From an uncultured delta proteobacterium (GTDB taxonomy: Bacteria; Desulfobacterota; Binatia; UBA9968): a DNA stretch of 64,000 nucleotides. The DNA is taken from contig CAWJBB010000085.1 of NCBI GenBank assembly GCA_963840855.1, positions 64,001 to 128,000 on the forward strand. The letters run 5' to 3'. Under the pieces are notes generated by a model that did not search any database, was not told the DNA's origin, and was given only the letters and a program-made list of their open reading frames with translations. The position numbers and the translations under genes are program-made. Shown here in pieces: positions 62,135-64,000 of this stretch; position 1 is the first letter of the stretch; the number at the start of each line of letters is the position of its first letter.

Positions 62135-63283
62135 ATGAATGAGATCGTGACCTTGGCAGAAAGCCTGATCCCGCTGATCAGCGAGCTACGCCATACGACC
62201 GAGAATGACCGGTGTATCGCGGAACCGATCGTGCAAGCTATTCGCAAGAGTGACCTGTGTCGCATGCTTCTCGACACTGGCGCACCCCCGCACTACACAC
62301 CGGAAGAATGGTTGAGGGTCCTCGAGACGTTGGCGGGCGCCGAAGCGTCGGTGTCCTGGCTCATTTGGAATAACACATTGCCGTGTTTCTGGGCCCGCTT
62401 CCTGGATGACGCGGGGCGCGCACGGGTGTTCGGCGATGCCAGTCGGTTGTTCGCGGGCTCCACACGGCCGACCGGACAGGCCGTGACCACGCAAGGCGGG
62501 TTCCGTCTGAGTGGCCGCTGGTCGCTCGTGTCTGGCTGCGAACTTGCCGACTATGTCCATCTCATAAGCCTGGTGCACGAAGATGGTGTGCCACACATGC
62601 TCGCTCCCGGTCAGCCCCACCTCCGCGTGCTCTTCGTGCCCAAGGGCCGCTACGCCATCCTCGACACGTGGCATGTCGGGGGCCTACGTGGCTCCGGGAG
62701 TCACGACGTCGTCGTGGACGACGTGTTCGTGCCCGTTGAAGACTCGTTCGCGCCCGCTCCCCCGGTGGCGAGCAACTCACCGCTTGCCCAGCTGCCCATT
62801 ATTGCCATGATGGTCGCCGGTATTGGCGCCCAGTTCCTAGGCATGGCGCGCGCGGCAATGGCCGTCACGATCGAGATACTGCGCAACAAGGTATCTGTAG
62901 ATCCTGGCGCATCGATTCGCGAGCGACCAAGTGTGCTCGCCGAAATCGCGTCGTATAGCGCTGCGGTCGCTGCCGCAGGGAGCCACCTCCATGCGAGCAT
63001 GGCGGCCATGTGGGACAAGGTCAGACATCATCTTCCGACTGCCGAGGACCGTGCGGCGCTGTACAGTGCTGGTCTGTATGCCGCCACCGTCGCGCGTGCA
63101 GGCGTCGTGGCCATGCACGCCGCCGCCGGGACGACGGCACTCTATGTTGACTGCCCACTGGAACGAAGCATACGCGATCTGCAAACGATGGAGAGGCATA
63201 TTGCGGCGCAACCGCTCTGGTTGGAGGACGCGGGGAGAGTGCTTGTGGGGCATGAACCGATCAATCCATTATTCATGATTTGA
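62135..63283 (+). CDS. Flavin-dependent hydroxylase / acyl-CoA dehydrogenase family (HsaA-like)
   Basis: LSGRWSLVSG, DTWHVGGLRGSGSHD, PLERSIRD. Confidence 0.85.
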   Translation: MNEIVTLAESLIPLISELRHTTENDRCIAEPIVQAIRKSDLCRMLLDTGAPPHYTPEEWLRVLETLAGAEASVSWLIWNNTLPCFWARFLDDAGRARVFGDASRLFAGSTRPTGQAVTTQGGFRLSGRWSLVSGCELADYVHLISLVHEDGVPHMLAPGQPHLRVLFVPKGRYAILDTWHVGGLRGSGSHDVVVDDVFVPVEDSFAPAPPVASNSPLAQLPIIAMMVAGIGAQFLGMARAAMAVTIEILRNKVSVDPGASIRERPSVLAEIASYSAAVAAAGSHLHASMAAMWDKVRHHLPTAEDRAALYSAGLYAATVARAGVVAMHAAAGTTALYVDCPLERSIRDLQTMERHIAAQPLWLEDAGRVLVGHEPINPLFMI

Positions 63284-63298
63284 GAAGCGTTTCAACAG

Positions 63299-63451
63299 GT
63301 GGACAAGATCTTGAAAGGCCGCAAGCCCGCCGATCTCCCGGTAGAGCAGCCGAAGACATTTGAGTTCATCATCAATCTGAAAGCCGCCAAGCAGATCGGC
63401 CTGACGATTCCGCCGGAGGTGCTCGCCCGAGCGAATAGGCTGATCAAGTGA
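63299..63451 (+). pseudogene. 3' fragment of a COG2984 substrate-binding protein
   Basis: [50 protein letters not shown]. Confidence 0.85.
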
Positions 63452-63477
63452 TGGAAGAAAACCAAGCAGCATGCCAG

Positions 63478-63507
63478 GATTGAACTCAAATCTCCTACCG
63501 TTTAATC
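63478..63507 (+). repeat. 66-bp element, left half
   Basis: GATTGAACTCAA-ATCTCC-TACCGTTTAATC. Confidence 0.75.
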
Positions 63508-63641
63508 CTCCCATTCAGACGACGAAGCTGTGCGCGAGTTATTTTGTCGAAACCAAGCTCTGCAAGCTCGGCTAACCCTTGCGGAGCCTGAAATAACGCT
63601 GAGGCTTTGCTCCGCCGTGATGCAAACCGAGCCGTAAATTT

Positions 63642-64000
63642 CTATCGCTTCGGGACGAGAAGCTCCTTCAGTTTAGCTACGAGCGCAGGACTGAGATCGT
63701 ACAAACCCGCGAAAGTCTTTGCCGTTGTCGGGCCATCAATGGGGTTAACCTCCAACTGCGCCTTCTTGGCTTCGGCCGCCAGCTCGGGATCCCGCAGCGC
63801 TTTGATGAAAGCCTGCTGAAGGATCTGTAGCCGCTCAGGCGGAGTGCCCGGAGCGACAGAATAAGGAAACTGGTAGACATGAACATTGTCCGCGACTTTT
63901 AGAAGTATTCGCGCCTCATCCGTTTTGGCGTAGTCGTTGGCCAGGGGAACGTCTTTCAAATCGGCATGTGATTTCAAGGTAGCCTGCAGCACCACGTGAA
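63642..64000 (-). CDS. Bug/TctC-family substrate-binding protein, C-terminal part (runs off the window)
   Basis: LKDVPL, PGTPPERLQIL..AF..ALRDPEL.AEAKK. Confidence 0.75.
   Translation of the reverse strand, partial: HVVLQATLKSHADLKDVPLANDYAKTDEARILLKVADNVHVYQFPYSVAPGTPPERLQILQQAFIKALRDPELAAEAKKAQLEVNPIDGPTTAKTFAGLYDLSPALVAKLKELLVPKR

Noticed and set aside
28114-63507. 66-bp repeats as a CRISPR array
   Set aside because: Intervals are 0.7-7 kb and contain genes, the repeats are degenerate, and no cas genes are present.
28114-63507. 66-bp repeats as canonical attC or dif sites
   Set aside because: They lack RYYYAAC/GTTRRRY ends and XerC/XerD consensus arms; only the arm-spacer geometry resembles dif.

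Overview
Bacterial genomic DNA. The gene repertoire (expanded COG2984 and Bug/TctC substrate-binding proteins, multi-GAF kinase, Rieske oxygenase) suggests a Candidatus Binatia-like genome; this is inference only. Bases 1-25,100 hold ordinary metabolic and transport genes: sulfatase, purK/purE, Fe-type ABC parts, tctABC, Rieske oxygenase, tag, enolase-family enzyme, amidohydrolase and ADH. After a tRNA-Arg(CCG) 3' fragment at 25147-25192 and a toxin-antitoxin pair, the window becomes a mosaic accessory region. The main finding is a 66-bp element with 12-6-12-6-12-6-12 architecture (GATTGAACTGAA-TTCTCC-N12-N6-N12-GCGTCG-TTCAGTTCAATC). It occurs at least 12 times (7 full, 5 half copies), always in the same orientation, from 28.1 to 63.5 kb, and divides the region into gene modules. 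It resembles paired tyrosine-recombinase core sites and may mark an undescribed cassette-array system; no recombinase gene lies in the window. The region also carries integron attC-like remnants, an intact IS21 with a target duplication, ISCR/IS91 remnants, a tRNA-Phe fragment, MITEs and many chimeric gene junctions. Several single-base frameshifts may be sequencing errors. All calls come from visual inspection; no searches were run.
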